Assembly: GCA_937129365.1 (NCBI GenBank)
Contig: CAKZNB010000033.1
Span: 71,253 to 135,252 of the forward strand
Origin: an uncultured Flavobacteriales bacterium
GTDB taxonomy: Bacteria > Bacteroidota > Bacteroidia > Flavobacteriales_D > CAJJDF01
Direction: 5' to 3'
DNA: 64,000 nt
Position 1 is the first letter of the stretch; every line of letters starts with the position of its first letter. Shown piece after piece: positions 26,791 through 36,117 of the stretch. Made by a program: the position numbers and the translations under genes. Under the pieces are notes generated by a model, which was given only the letters and a program-made list of their open reading frames with translations, did no database searches and was not told the origin of the DNA.

Positions 26791-26830
26791 TACTTCATAA
26801 TTGCGTTACTTTCTAATAAATACGAATTGT

Positions 26831-27628
26831 ATGAGTATGAAAAAGAGTAGTGTTTTGTTGATAGGATTATTGATTGTTGGCTATTTAAGTTGCCAAAATG
26901 AGGATATTAAAACTGAAAAAGAACAAGAGGCGTCTGTTTCGGTTTTTATTCAAAAAGAGCTTAAAATTTTATCAGATATTCTAGTTCCCAAAAATTATAA
27001 AAGAGACTCAGTTTCTCAGTATGGTAGTTGGATAAGAAACTTAACACTTAGCAAAGATAATACGGTATATTATTACAACGGTGAGAAGAAACCTAATCAA
27101 TCCATTCATATAGCGGTGTTGGATTTTGATATTGGAAAAAGAGATTTGCAACAATGTGCAGATGCTTGTATGCGAATAAGAGCTGAATATTTGTTTGAAC
27201 AAAAAAGGTTTTCAGAAATCACCTTTTTATTAGCTTCGGGAAAATGGAAATCTTTTACTGATTATACTCAAAAACGAGATTATAAAAGTTTTAGAAAATA
27301 CCTAACTTATATATTTTCTTACGCGAATACAAAATCCCTCAAACAACAATTAAAAAAGGTAAACTCATTGAGAAAAATTGAAATAGGAGATGTGTTTGTG
27401 CAGTCTGGAAATCCTTATGGGCATGCACTCACCGTAATGGATGTTTGTGTTGATACTACTGGAAATAAACAGTTTATGCTCTCACAAAGTTACATGCCTG
27501 CTCAAAGTATTGAAATTTTGATTAATCCCAATTCACCAAATTCAAGCCCTTGGTATTCCGCAGATTTTGAGGGAGATTTAATTACTCCTGAATGGACTTT
27601 TCAAAAAGGAGATTTGAGAAGGTTTTAA
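26831..27628 (+). CDS. Hypothetical lipoprotein
   Basis: MSMKKSSVLLIGLLIVGYLSCQ lipobox. The track start at 26801 precedes it. The 3' end overlaps the convergent gene by 4 nt. Confidence 0.5.
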   Translation: MSMKKSSVLLIGLLIVGYLSCQNEDIKTEKEQEASVSVFIQKELKILSDILVPKNYKRDSVSQYGSWIRNLTLSKDNTVYYYNGEKKPNQSIHIAVLDFDIGKRDLQQCADACMRIRAEYLFEQKRFSEITFLLASGKWKSFTDYTQKRDYKSFRKYLTYIFSYANTKSLKQQLKKVNSLRKIEIGDVFVQSGNPYGHALTVMDVCVDTTGNKQFMLSQSYMPAQSIEILINPNSPNSSPWYSADFEGDLITPEWTFQKGDLRRF

Positions 27629-28128
27629 ATATTTACTCCCAGAAACTGAGCTAATTCTTCACTTTGTTCAGAGGATTTACCAACTGCTTTTTGTTGTTCT
27701 TCCAACTGTTCTGCATCAAAATATTGTTCATTAAATGTAAAGGTTACTTGTTGTGATTTTCTGGGTTTACGAATTCTCTGTGATGGATTTGAAACCAACC
27801 TAGTGTTTTTAGTAACTACTTCTTTTTCAATAAAAACGGTGTCTTTTACAAATAAAGTGTCTTTTACAATCTGCGGTGGATTATCTCTATAAACTATTAG
27901 TTCACTAGTCTCTGTAGGTTTAAAGAAATAAAGGCAAGCAAATAATAGAGATGCCAACCCAAAACCATAACTCCAAACTGGCGATTGAAACCAAAGAGGT
28001 AAAACACTTCTTTTCTTAAGATTTTCCTCTTTAATCCGTTGTAATAAATCTTTATTTACCGGAATAGAATCTATTTCAGTCTCAAATTCTTGCCTTATTT
28101 TGTCTATCAATTTATCTTCTTTCATCAC
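27625..28128 (-). CDS. Putative anti-sigma factor (single-pass membrane protein)
   Basis: Lies directly downstream of the ECF sigma gene. It has one central TM helix (WSYGFGLASLLFACLYFF). Confidence 0.45.
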   Translation of the reverse strand: MMKEDKLIDKIRQEFETEIDSIPVNKDLLQRIKEENLKKRSVLPLWFQSPVWSYGFGLASLLFACLYFFKPTETSELIVYRDNPPQIVKDTLFVKDTVFIEKEVVTKNTRLVSNPSQRIRKPRKSQQVTFTFNEQYFDAEQLEEQQKAVGKSSEQSEELAQFLGVNI

Positions 28129-28137
28129 TCATCAATT

Positions 28138-28710
28138 TTATAGGTGTAATAATTTTTCTTTATGTGGTTCTAAACTTTCTGCAAGGAATTTAGTCACAGT
28201 ATGCAATCTGGATTTTACTGTTCCCAGCGCACAATTTTGTACTTCTGCAATTTCTTTTAAGCTCAGTCCTCCTTGGTGTTTCAGTATAAAAACTTCTTTT
28301 TGTTCAACAGAAACTTGATTTAATTGGATATTTAATTTCTGCATAAATTCTGTCAAATTTGCTTGGTTTTTCATGTCAAAACCAGTCGTAAAATGTTCTA
28401 CTTCATTAAGCGGGGCAAGTTCTTTTATTCTAAAAGTTTTTTGGCAATCATTTGCTACAACGGTATATACCCAAGGTTTAAATTTTTTAGTTATATCAAA
28501 TCGTTCAGGAAACTGGTATAATTTCAAAAATACTTCTTGAATTATATCATCAGAAGCAGGTTTGTTGTATTTCATCATCTTCAATACAAATCCATAGAGT
28601 TTGGAGTAGTATCGCTGATATAACTCATCAAAAGCTTTGACGTCTTTGTTTTGCAACCGTTTCATCAAAGCTTCGTCAGTTAGTTTGTGATATGAAATAA
28701 ATAATTCCAA
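28138..28710 (-). CDS. ECF-type RNA polymerase sigma-70 family factor
   Basis: Region 2 (DIIQEVFLKLY) and region 4 HTH (LSLKEIAEVQNCALGTVKSRLH). Confidence 0.85.
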   Translation of the reverse strand: MELFISYHKLTDEALMKRLQNKDVKAFDELYQRYYSKLYGFVLKMMKYNKPASDDIIQEVFLKLYQFPERFDITKKFKPWVYTVVANDCQKTFRIKELAPLNEVEHFTTGFDMKNQANLTEFMQKLNIQLNQVSVEQKEVFILKHQGGLSLKEIAEVQNCALGTVKSRLHTVTKFLAESLEPHKEKLLHL

Positions 28711-29847
28711 TTAATCCAGATATTTCAAAATGTTAGAAGAGTTATTATTGCTTGCAGCAATTTTTCTAATCAGCTTATCCATTTTTTTCTTGTTTACTTC
28801 ATCACCCGATAGTTTATAGTGGTTGTAAAGTGTGATAAAACCTAGTAGATAAGCATTATTGGATTGAGCAATAACTTGCTTGCTGATGTCATTTAAAAAA
28901 CTAGTTTCAATGTAGTCAATTTTAAAATGTAGCTCTACATTTTTTTTCAGAATCGCTAAGTTGTCAAATTTTTTCTCACAATATTGTACAGCTAATCCCA
29001 CTACATAGGTTTTATCAAAACTCGCTTTGTACAATCCTTTATTTACAGTTGATGAATAATATAAAGGAATTTTTAGATACTTTTCAAGATGCCTTGCAAT
29101 CGCTTTCATAAAATCATAAGAGGTTTTAAAATCAGCATTTTTTTTATCAAAAGGTTTAATCCCCAAGGATTTAAAAACTTCATTCCTATACTTGTCTTTT
29201 TGAAGTAAATAGATGTTGAGCACTTTTACATTAGGTTTATATCCCAAGTGATTTTGTACAATTATTGGAGGATAAGTATCGTTGTCTCCGTTGGTTATTA
29301 GCACCGAATTATCCTCACAAGAAGCCAACATATTGTAACCAAAATTTAAAATATTGGGTGAAGTAGTATTGGAATTAAACCAGAGACTGCTGTATTCTTT
29401 TACTTTAACACTATTGCTATTCATCAAAGCATGAGTCAATAAATCTGGATAAATTTCCGTCCTAGTTGGGTCAATTTCATAGGCTTTTTCAATGTGGTGA
29501 AATAGTTTTTCGTATTTATCTCCCCCAACTTCTCTGTTGTAGTAAGTTAAATAATGATACTCATACGTATCAGGAATTGCCTGTTGCATTTTTTTGATAA
29601 ATACATTTAAGTCCTTTTGAGTTTTGAATGTGCTTTTGATTTTAATCATTCGCATTGCGATGTAAGCATTTTGCCATGCGTAAGCATTCTTTGGGTTTAT
29701 TTTAATTTCTGCATTCCATAGTTTTAATTGATTTTGGTACCACTCTGTCGATTGAGGTTGTTTAACAATGGAATATACAGGTTGTTTTTGGCTAAATAAC
29801 TGACTAGTTGAGATAACTATCAGAAGTACAATGAGTTTAAGTTTCAT
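28711..29847 (-). CDS. Hypothetical secreted protein, first gene of the ECF sigma operon
   Basis: Signal peptide MKLKLIVLLIVISTSQLFSQ from the ATG at 29847 (track start 29940). Its stop abuts the sigma-factor start. Confidence 0.5.
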   Translation of the reverse strand: MKLKLIVLLIVISTSQLFSQKQPVYSIVKQPQSTEWYQNQLKLWNAEIKINPKNAYAWQNAYIAMRMIKIKSTFKTQKDLNVFIKKMQQAIPDTYEYHYLTYYNREVGGDKYEKLFHHIEKAYEIDPTRTEIYPDLLTHALMNSNSVKVKEYSSLWFNSNTTSPNILNFGYNMLASCEDNSVLITNGDNDTYPPIIVQNHLGYKPNVKVLNIYLLQKDKYRNEVFKSLGIKPFDKKNADFKTSYDFMKAIARHLEKYLKIPLYYSSTVNKGLYKASFDKTYVVGLAVQYCEKKFDNLAILKKNVELHFKIDYIETSFLNDISKQVIAQSNNAYLLGFITLYNHYKLSGDEVNKKKMDKLIRKIAASNNNSSNILKYLD

Positions 29848-30103
29848 AATTGTTGATTTATTGATTAGTAATAAGTCCAATTGTTGCCCAAAGTGAAAAA
29901 AATAATTTTCATAAACACTATTATCTTTAGGCAACATCAAGGAACAGAAAACAGCTGCTTTTGTATCTATTATCCAAAAGATAACAAAAGGTTCAGTTTT
30001 TTGTTAATTAATATTTTAGTTTAACCAATTTTAACAAGCTAAATAATTAATGATGATTAAGCCAATTCGTTGAAATTTATGGATTTATTTGTAGTTTTGG
30101 TTA

Positions 30104-30952
30104 ATGAAAAAAAGATCAATTTTTAAAAAGCTTATTAAGTTTTTATACCGAAAAGAAACGATAGTTTTTGTTTTAACTTATTTGGTTTTTTGGAGTTGGT
30201 TTTATCAGATTGAAGCTAGGTTTGATGGACCACACAGTGAACCTGAAAAATCTGCTCCGTTAAGTGGGTTCGTTGCATTTTTTCCTGCAGCAATTATTTC
30301 TTCGATAATTGTTTTAGGATTGTCAACTAGAGCTTCGGGTTGGTTAAAGCCAATGATGGAGCTGATAGTTATTATTGCAAGGTCTGATGGGAGTATCTCA
30401 GCAAGAGAGAAAAAGACGATAGAAAAAAACTTAAATAAGCAATTAGGATATTTAAGAATAAAAAAAGCTATAAAATATTTCAATCAATTAGAAAAAAGAC
30501 AAGAACTAAGTTTGGCTAAAGCTTGTATGGTTTTAAATGAACATTTAGCTACTTCGGAGATAACTATATTTCTTGACTTCTTAGTTAATGTTGCAGTTTC
30601 TGATCAATATCTAAGTGCCAAAGAGGAAAGCTTACTAAAGGAAATTTGTGATAGACTTAAAATTCATTCTAATAGTTTAGTTTCAATTTTAGCAAGAAAA
30701 AACTATATTTCAGAAAACGACAGGCAAAGAAAAACATATAAGAAGTCAGCTTATTCTTCGCTTTCAATGGCATACAAAGTTTTAGGTTTAGATGAGTCAA
30801 CTTCTTTTTCTGAAGTAAAAAAAACTTACCGAGAGTTAGCCAAAGTATATCACCCTGATAAAGTGAGAGATAAGGTTTTAAGACAACAAGCCAAAATTCG
30901 ATTCCAAGAAATTACTGACGCTTACAATAAAATAAAAGAAAAAAAGGGATGA
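30104..30952 (+). CDS. DjlA-like co-chaperone: TM helices, TerB-like domain and C-terminal J domain (paralogue 1)
   Basis: IARSDGSISAREKKTIE / VAVSDQYLSAKEESLL (TerB-like); J domain AYKVLGLDESTSFSEVKKTYRELAKVYHPDK. Confidence 0.75.
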   Translation: MKKRSIFKKLIKFLYRKETIVFVLTYLVFWSWFYQIEARFDGPHSEPEKSAPLSGFVAFFPAAIISSIIVLGLSTRASGWLKPMMELIVIIARSDGSISAREKKTIEKNLNKQLGYLRIKKAIKYFNQLEKRQELSLAKACMVLNEHLATSEITIFLDFLVNVAVSDQYLSAKEESLLKEICDRLKIHSNSLVSILARKNYISENDRQRKTYKKSAYSSLSMAYKVLGLDESTSFSEVKKTYRELAKVYHPDKVRDKVLRQQAKIRFQEITDAYNKIKEKKG

Positions 30953-31749
30953 AGAAATTAGATGCAATTATTGTTGGCGGTTTATTTAGTGTTTTTTTAT
31001 TCTTTTATACAATAGGATTTAATATTCCAATTGAAATGATTATCACATTTGCAGTGATATTTTTATTTACAATAATTGGCTCAATTGAAATAGTTAATTA
31101 CTATGCCAATCAATTATTTGGTATAGGAAAATGGATACATCCAATTTTAAAACTCTCAATATTACTGATAAAACTAGATGGGGTAGAAAATATTAGCGAA
31201 ACAAAACGAATAATAAGTTATTTAAATAATGAGTTTGAACCTGAAACAGCAAAAATAAAACTGATTTATTATAAAAAGCAATTGAAAAAAAAGCACAATG
31301 CAAAAGCAATTTTTGAGCAAATAAATTATAATTCAAGTACTACTGACAAAGTTAGAATTCTTCAGCACTTGGTTAAAGTCGCACTTTCAGATAGATTGTT
31401 ATCAGATAAAGAAGCAAAGTTTATAAAATTAGTAGCTAAGAAAATGAATATTCCTCAATTTACGTTAAATGCTATTTTAAATCTTCATACATACGTAACC
31501 GAAGAAGAAATTAAAAATCAACAATTTGCAAAACCTAAAGTTAATTATAGTCTTCAAAAAGCATACTCAATTTTAGGATTAGAATCAGCAGCTAGTATAA
31601 ATGAAGTAAAAGATTCTTACAGAGAACTAGCCAAGTTATACCATCCAGATAAACAAAGAGGCAGCAAAAAAAGCAAAGAAATCGCAAAAGCCCAATTTCA
31701 AGTAATCGCTCAGGCTTATGAGTTAATCAAAGATTATAAAGGAAATTAA
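30949..31749 (+). CDS. DjlA-like co-chaperone: TM helices, TerB-like domain and C-terminal J domain (paralogue 2)
   Basis: VALSDRLLSDKEAKFIK; J domain AYSILGLESAASINEVKDSYRELAKLYHPDK. ATGA overlap with paralogue 1. Confidence 0.75.
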   Translation: MKKLDAIIVGGLFSVFLFFYTIGFNIPIEMIITFAVIFLFTIIGSIEIVNYYANQLFGIGKWIHPILKLSILLIKLDGVENISETKRIISYLNNEFEPETAKIKLIYYKKQLKKKHNAKAIFEQINYNSSTTDKVRILQHLVKVALSDRLLSDKEAKFIKLVAKKMNIPQFTLNAILNLHTYVTEEEIKNQQFAKPKVNYSLQKAYSILGLESAASINEVKDSYRELAKLYHPDKQRGSKKSKEIAKAQFQVIAQAYELIKDYKGN

Positions 31750-32807
31750 TCAATAACCACAGGCTTAAAAATAGGGCTATTACTTTTTATAATAACAAAA
31801 CAAGAAGTAGCATAGTAAGCTCCCACAGTTCCAGAAGTACTTCCACCATTACTCGTCCAAGGTTGGTAGGAGTATTCAAAAGTAAAAGTCTCTCCTGCCA
31901 TTGAAGTAGCAAAATTATCCGTTCTCACAGGAACTTCCATTCCAGGACACCATCCAGCTCTATCTGGTTGCCAATTTCCTGCTTGATTATTAGTTGGGTT
32001 AGTATTACATCCCATGGCACCCATTTGGTGACTAAATTTATCGCTTCCGTCAATTTTTACTTTATGAGTTCTAAAACACCATTCTGCACAAGGTCTTCCA
32101 TCTACATCGGTAGGAGTGGTGTGTCCCCATCCAGAAATGATTGTTCGTAAACTTGTGGCAGCAACATTGTTAGGAATTGTTACTGTGCGGGTTAAATCTT
32201 TTGAGTGCGAAACACCATAGGGAACTCCAGAGGTTGACCATTCGTCATATCTCATCAAATCGTTTACAGCATAATATTGATAATCAGGTTTTCCCAAGGT
32301 ATATTTGAATTTTACAGTTAATTCCCAACCATCAGAACCCCAAGTTTCAATTCTAGCTCTTAGTTCAGTTTTTCTTGTTAATAGTGATTTAAAATCGGTT
32401 ACATCTATTTCATATCCATCAGGATACGCAGAATTATCTACTCCATATGGAGTTATAAATCTTCCAATTTCATATAATTCTCCACTTTTTTTATCTTTTA
32501 CTTTTATATTAGCATACACATCCCAAGCATTACAACCTCCTGTAGGACATTCAAGAATGATATACATTTTTATATTCTGCACATTTCTTGGTTCATCATG
32601 AAGCATAAATGATTTTAATGAGGTTTGTTTTTTTCCAGTTCCAAAAGCTAATCGTTCCTTATTAAAAGTGGTAAATTCTTTTACTTGTCCTTCAACTCCT
32701 TCCCAAGGTATTTTCCCGTCTCCACTAGATTTGGTTTCTTTTTTACAAGAATTGATTACAGCTAATGTCAATATTACTGATGCTATTAAAAGGATTGCTT
32801 TTTTCAT
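31746..32807 (-). CDS. Peptide-N4-(N-acetyl-beta-glucosaminyl)asparagine amidase F (PNGase F) homologue, lipoprotein
   Basis: The length is essentially that of the ~354-aa PNGase F precursor. Long strings match my recollection of Elizabethkingia PNGase F: YEIGRFITPY, EIDVTDFKSLL, ISGWGH, CAEWCFRTH, PDRAGWCPGM, KSN.PI..PVV. Lipobox VINSC. Confidence 0.8.
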   Translation of the reverse strand: MKKAILLIASVILTLAVINSCKKETKSSGDGKIPWEGVEGQVKEFTTFNKERLAFGTGKKQTSLKSFMLHDEPRNVQNIKMYIILECPTGGCNAWDVYANIKVKDKKSGELYEIGRFITPYGVDNSAYPDGYEIDVTDFKSLLTRKTELRARIETWGSDGWELTVKFKYTLGKPDYQYYAVNDLMRYDEWSTSGVPYGVSHSKDLTRTVTIPNNVAATSLRTIISGWGHTTPTDVDGRPCAEWCFRTHKVKIDGSDKFSHQMGAMGCNTNPTNNQAGNWQPDRAGWCPGMEVPVRTDNFATSMAGETFTFEYSYQPWTSNGGSTSGTVGAYYATSCFVIIKSNSPIFKPVVID

Positions 32808-32899
32808 GATTTATTATTTTGAATTTTAAAGTTAACTAAATTTTAAGTTTTTTATTCATCATTTTTGTAACAAATAGTATAATATTGGGTTATATAATT

Positions 32900-33721
32900 A
32901 TGAAAAAAGCAGTTTTAATAATAGCCCTTATTTGTGTTGGATATATTTCTTTTGGTCAAAAGAAACAAAGAAAATTTACTAAACAGTTCTATTTTGAATG
33001 GGCAAGCCATGAGTTAGATAGTATAGAATTAGCAAAAGCTAAAAAGTTTAATAAAATTCTAGACAAGTTCAATTTAACGAAAATAGAGGTGATTGGTCAC
33101 ACCGATTCGGATGGGAGTAACAAATTTAATTTGGAATTATCTCGAAAGAGAATAAGGACAGTAACACAAATATTAAGTAATTCGTCTAGAGATTCATTAT
33201 TTACTCAAACTCCAAAGGGAGAAAAAGAACCCATAGCAGCTAATACGGATTCTACTAAACATAAAAATAGGAGAGTAACTGTAATAGCTTATTATTCTGG
33301 CAAAAAAGGAACAAAATCAAAAAAGATAAAAAAAATTAAGATTAAGCAATCTGATATTGCTCCTTCTAATCAAAAAAGATTGAAGAAAGAAGACTTAATT
33401 TCTGGGAATACAATTAATTTGCCTTCAGTAAATTTTGAAGGAGGAACAGCAGTTTTTCTTCCAGGTGCCGAAGAGGTTTTAGGAAAAGTAGTTGAATTAT
33501 TGAAACAAAACCCCAAGGTTAAAGTTGAAGTTGCTGGACATATCTGTTGTGGTAATGACATGTTGCTTTCTATTGCTAGAGCAAAAAAAGTATATACTTT
33601 TTTACACATAAATGGAATAGATAAAGACAGACTTACCTATAAAGGATATAATAATACTCAACCAAAATTTGGAAACATTATGGATATCCGAAACCGCAGA
33701 GTAGAATTAAAAGTATTATAA
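32900..33721 (+). CDS. OmpA-family protein with two OmpA-like domains
   Basis: Two copies of GHTDS../GHICC.. followed by NRRV(T/E) blocks. Signal peptide from the ATG at 32900. Confidence 0.75.
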   Translation: MKKAVLIIALICVGYISFGQKKQRKFTKQFYFEWASHELDSIELAKAKKFNKILDKFNLTKIEVIGHTDSDGSNKFNLELSRKRIRTVTQILSNSSRDSLFTQTPKGEKEPIAANTDSTKHKNRRVTVIAYYSGKKGTKSKKIKKIKIKQSDIAPSNQKRLKKEDLISGNTINLPSVNFEGGTAVFLPGAEEVLGKVVELLKQNPKVKVEVAGHICCGNDMLLSIARAKKVYTFLHINGIDKDRLTYKGYNNTQPKFGNIMDIRNRRVELKVL

Positions 33722-33759
33722 TTTAACAAAGTATATTTTTTTAGTTAAAAAAATCACAG

Positions 33760-33767
33760 TACTTTTG
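33760..33767 (+). promoter_or_regulatory. Candidate -7 promoter box (TACTTTTG)
   Basis: Matches TAnnTTTG, 18 nt upstream of the TonB-dependent receptor ATG. Confidence 0.3.
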
Positions 33768-33784
33768 TGCTTAATTTACTCTAA

Positions 33785-36112
33785 ATGAAATATTTATTAA
33801 TTCTCATTCTATTAGTTTCTTTCCAATCTTTTTCTCAAACAGTTAGCGGAACTATTAAGGATAGTGAAACTGGTGAAGATTTACCATTTGCACTAGTATA
33901 TGTGCAAGGAGCTGACAAAGGTACTTCTACCAATGTATATGGATTTTATTCACTTACACTTGATCCTTCAGATGTGAAAGATGGTAAAGTAACTTTGGTT
34001 ATTTCTTATACAGGATACAGAAAAATCACAAAAGTCATCAAACTAAAAGACAATGTAAAGTTTGATATAAGAATGGAGTCATCCAGCACCAAGCTCAAAG
34101 AATTTACCGTAGAGGCAGAAGCAACAAAGGAAGTTGAAGAATTGAAAAGTACCGAAATGTCAAAAGATAATTTGACTATGGAACAGATGAGAACACTTCC
34201 GTCAATTGGAGGTGAAACCGATATTCTTAAAATAGCTCAATTATTACCAGGAGTTCAAGGCGGTGGAGAAGGAGGTACAGGAATGTTTGTGAGAGGTGGA
34301 GATGCCGACCAAAACTTGGTTTTACTGGATGAGGCAATTGTATATAATGTGGGGCATTTATTCGGATTCTTTTCGGTTTTTAACCCTGAAGCAATAAAAG
34401 ATATGACCATTATTAAAGGAGCTTTTCCATCACAATATGGAGGTAGATTATCCTCTGTACTTGATATCACCATGAAAAATGGAAATGATAATCAATTTCA
34501 TGGTTCTGGAGGAGTAGGATTATTATCTTCTCGATTAACCCTTGAAATTCCTATCAAAAAAGAGAAAGGAAGTATTCTAATTGCGGGGAGAAGAACCTAT
34601 ATTGATCAAGTATTAAAAGCTGTTGGTCAAAATCTCCCCTATTATTTTTATGATTTGAATGTAAAAGCAAATTATCAAATTACGGATAAAGATAGATTAT
34701 ACTACAGTCTATATTTCGGGAAAGATGTATTAAGTTTTGATGAGAAAGATTTTGAAGATGATAGTGATACATCAGGAAATGTAGGTGGTTTAGATTTTGG
34801 ATTTAACTTAGGAAACTGGACTAATACAATAAGATGGAATCATATCTATAGCCCAAAATTATTTTCCAATGTATCGCTAATCAATACAAATTTCAATTAT
34901 GAGATATTTGGAAATATTGCTAATAACAAAATTGTAATTAGTTCTAATGTGATGGATATTGGAGCAAAAGCAGATTTTGATTATTACAAATCTCCCGAGC
35001 AAAAAATAAAATTTGGAGGAGCATTTATCAATCATGTTTTTAGACCAAATATTGTATCAACAACAGGCGATATTTCAGAAATAATAGGAAGTAGTAGAGG
35101 AGAAAAACAAATAACTCAAGAAATGGCATTGTATGGAAATATGGAGCATGAGTTAAATGAAATCTATAAAATAAGTTACGGATTAAGGCTTAGTGGAAGT
35201 ACAGTAAAAGGAAAATTCTATACTGGGATAGAACCAAGATTTGCTGCCCGTATGATGCTAAATGAATGGGATGCTTTAAAGATTAGTTATTCCCGAATGA
35301 AACAATACATGCACCGAGTTTCAAGTTCTACAGTTGCATTACCCACAGATTTGTGGTACCCAATTACTCAGAACATTAAACCTCAAATAGCGGATCAAGT
35401 TGCTGCAGGTTACAACCATTTATTTGATAAACATAAAATTATGGTTACTGCTGAGGTGTATTACAAATGGCTTCAGAATTTAATTGAATACAAGGAAGGA
35501 GCTAACCTTGTTCTGAATAATGATTTTGAAAATGAACTATTACAAGGAACTGGTGATGCTTGGGGATTTGAGCTAATGGTGAAGAAAGAAAAAGGAAAAT
35601 TTAGCGGATGGATTTCTTACACATTGTCTTGGGCAACCAGAGATTTTGACGAATTGAATGGAGGAAAAAAATTCTGGGCAAAATATGATAGAAGACACAC
35701 AGCCTCAGTTGTAACAACTTATAAATTAAGCAAAAGATGGACTGCAAGTGCAGTGTGGACTTACCAAACAGGTTCGAGATTTACAGCCCAAAACGGGCAA
35801 TATTTTATGCCAAACCCAACTTTAACAGGAATTGATGTTATTCCAATTTACACAGAGAGAAATGCAGTACAAATGTCCGCTTCTCACCGATTGGATTTGA
35901 ATTTTGTACTAAAAGGAAGAGAGAACAGATTGTTTGGAGCTAAGAAGAAACGAAAGTTAGTAGGTGAGTGGCATTTTGGATGTTACAACACCTATAATTA
36001 TGCTCAGCCATATAGGGTTAATATTGTACCTACTGATAATGGGGGATATAAATACGAACAGCCTGGTTTATTTGGATTCATTCCATCAATTGCTTACAAC
36101 TTTCAATTTTAA
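33785..36112 (+). CDS. TonB-dependent receptor (CarboxypepD_reg-like N-terminus, plug, barrel)
   Basis: VSGTIKDSETGEDLPFALVYV; plug motif (GGETDILK..LPGV); C-terminal aromatic terminus (..AYNFQF). Confidence 0.9.
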   Translation: MKYLLILILLVSFQSFSQTVSGTIKDSETGEDLPFALVYVQGADKGTSTNVYGFYSLTLDPSDVKDGKVTLVISYTGYRKITKVIKLKDNVKFDIRMESSSTKLKEFTVEAEATKEVEELKSTEMSKDNLTMEQMRTLPSIGGETDILKIAQLLPGVQGGGEGGTGMFVRGGDADQNLVLLDEAIVYNVGHLFGFFSVFNPEAIKDMTIIKGAFPSQYGGRLSSVLDITMKNGNDNQFHGSGGVGLLSSRLTLEIPIKKEKGSILIAGRRTYIDQVLKAVGQNLPYYFYDLNVKANYQITDKDRLYYSLYFGKDVLSFDEKDFEDDSDTSGNVGGLDFGFNLGNWTNTIRWNHIYSPKLFSNVSLINTNFNYEIFGNIANNKIVISSNVMDIGAKADFDYYKSPEQKIKFGGAFINHVFRPNIVSTTGDISEIIGSSRGEKQITQEMALYGNMEHELNEIYKISYGLRLSGSTVKGKFYTGIEPRFAARMMLNEWDALKISYSRMKQYMHRVSSSTVALPTDLWYPITQNIKPQIADQVAAGYNHLFDKHKIMVTAEVYYKWLQNLIEYKEGANLVLNNDFENELLQGTGDAWGFELMVKKEKGKFSGWISYTLSWATRDFDELNGGKKFWAKYDRRHTASVVTTYKLSKRWTASAVWTYQTGSRFTAQNGQYFMPNPTLTGIDVIPIYTERNAVQMSASHRLDLNFVLKGRENRLFGAKKKRKLVGEWHFGCYNTYNYAQPYRVNIVPTDNGGYKYEQPGLFGFIPSIAYNFQF

Positions 36113-36117
36113 AAATT

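Noticed and set aside
30104-31749. TerB-like domains as a sign of a tellurite-resistance or Shango-type defence locus
   Set aside because: No TerA/C/D/Z, ATPase or helicase genes are present. The TerB-like region is fused to J domains, which fits the DjlA co-chaperone architecture instead.
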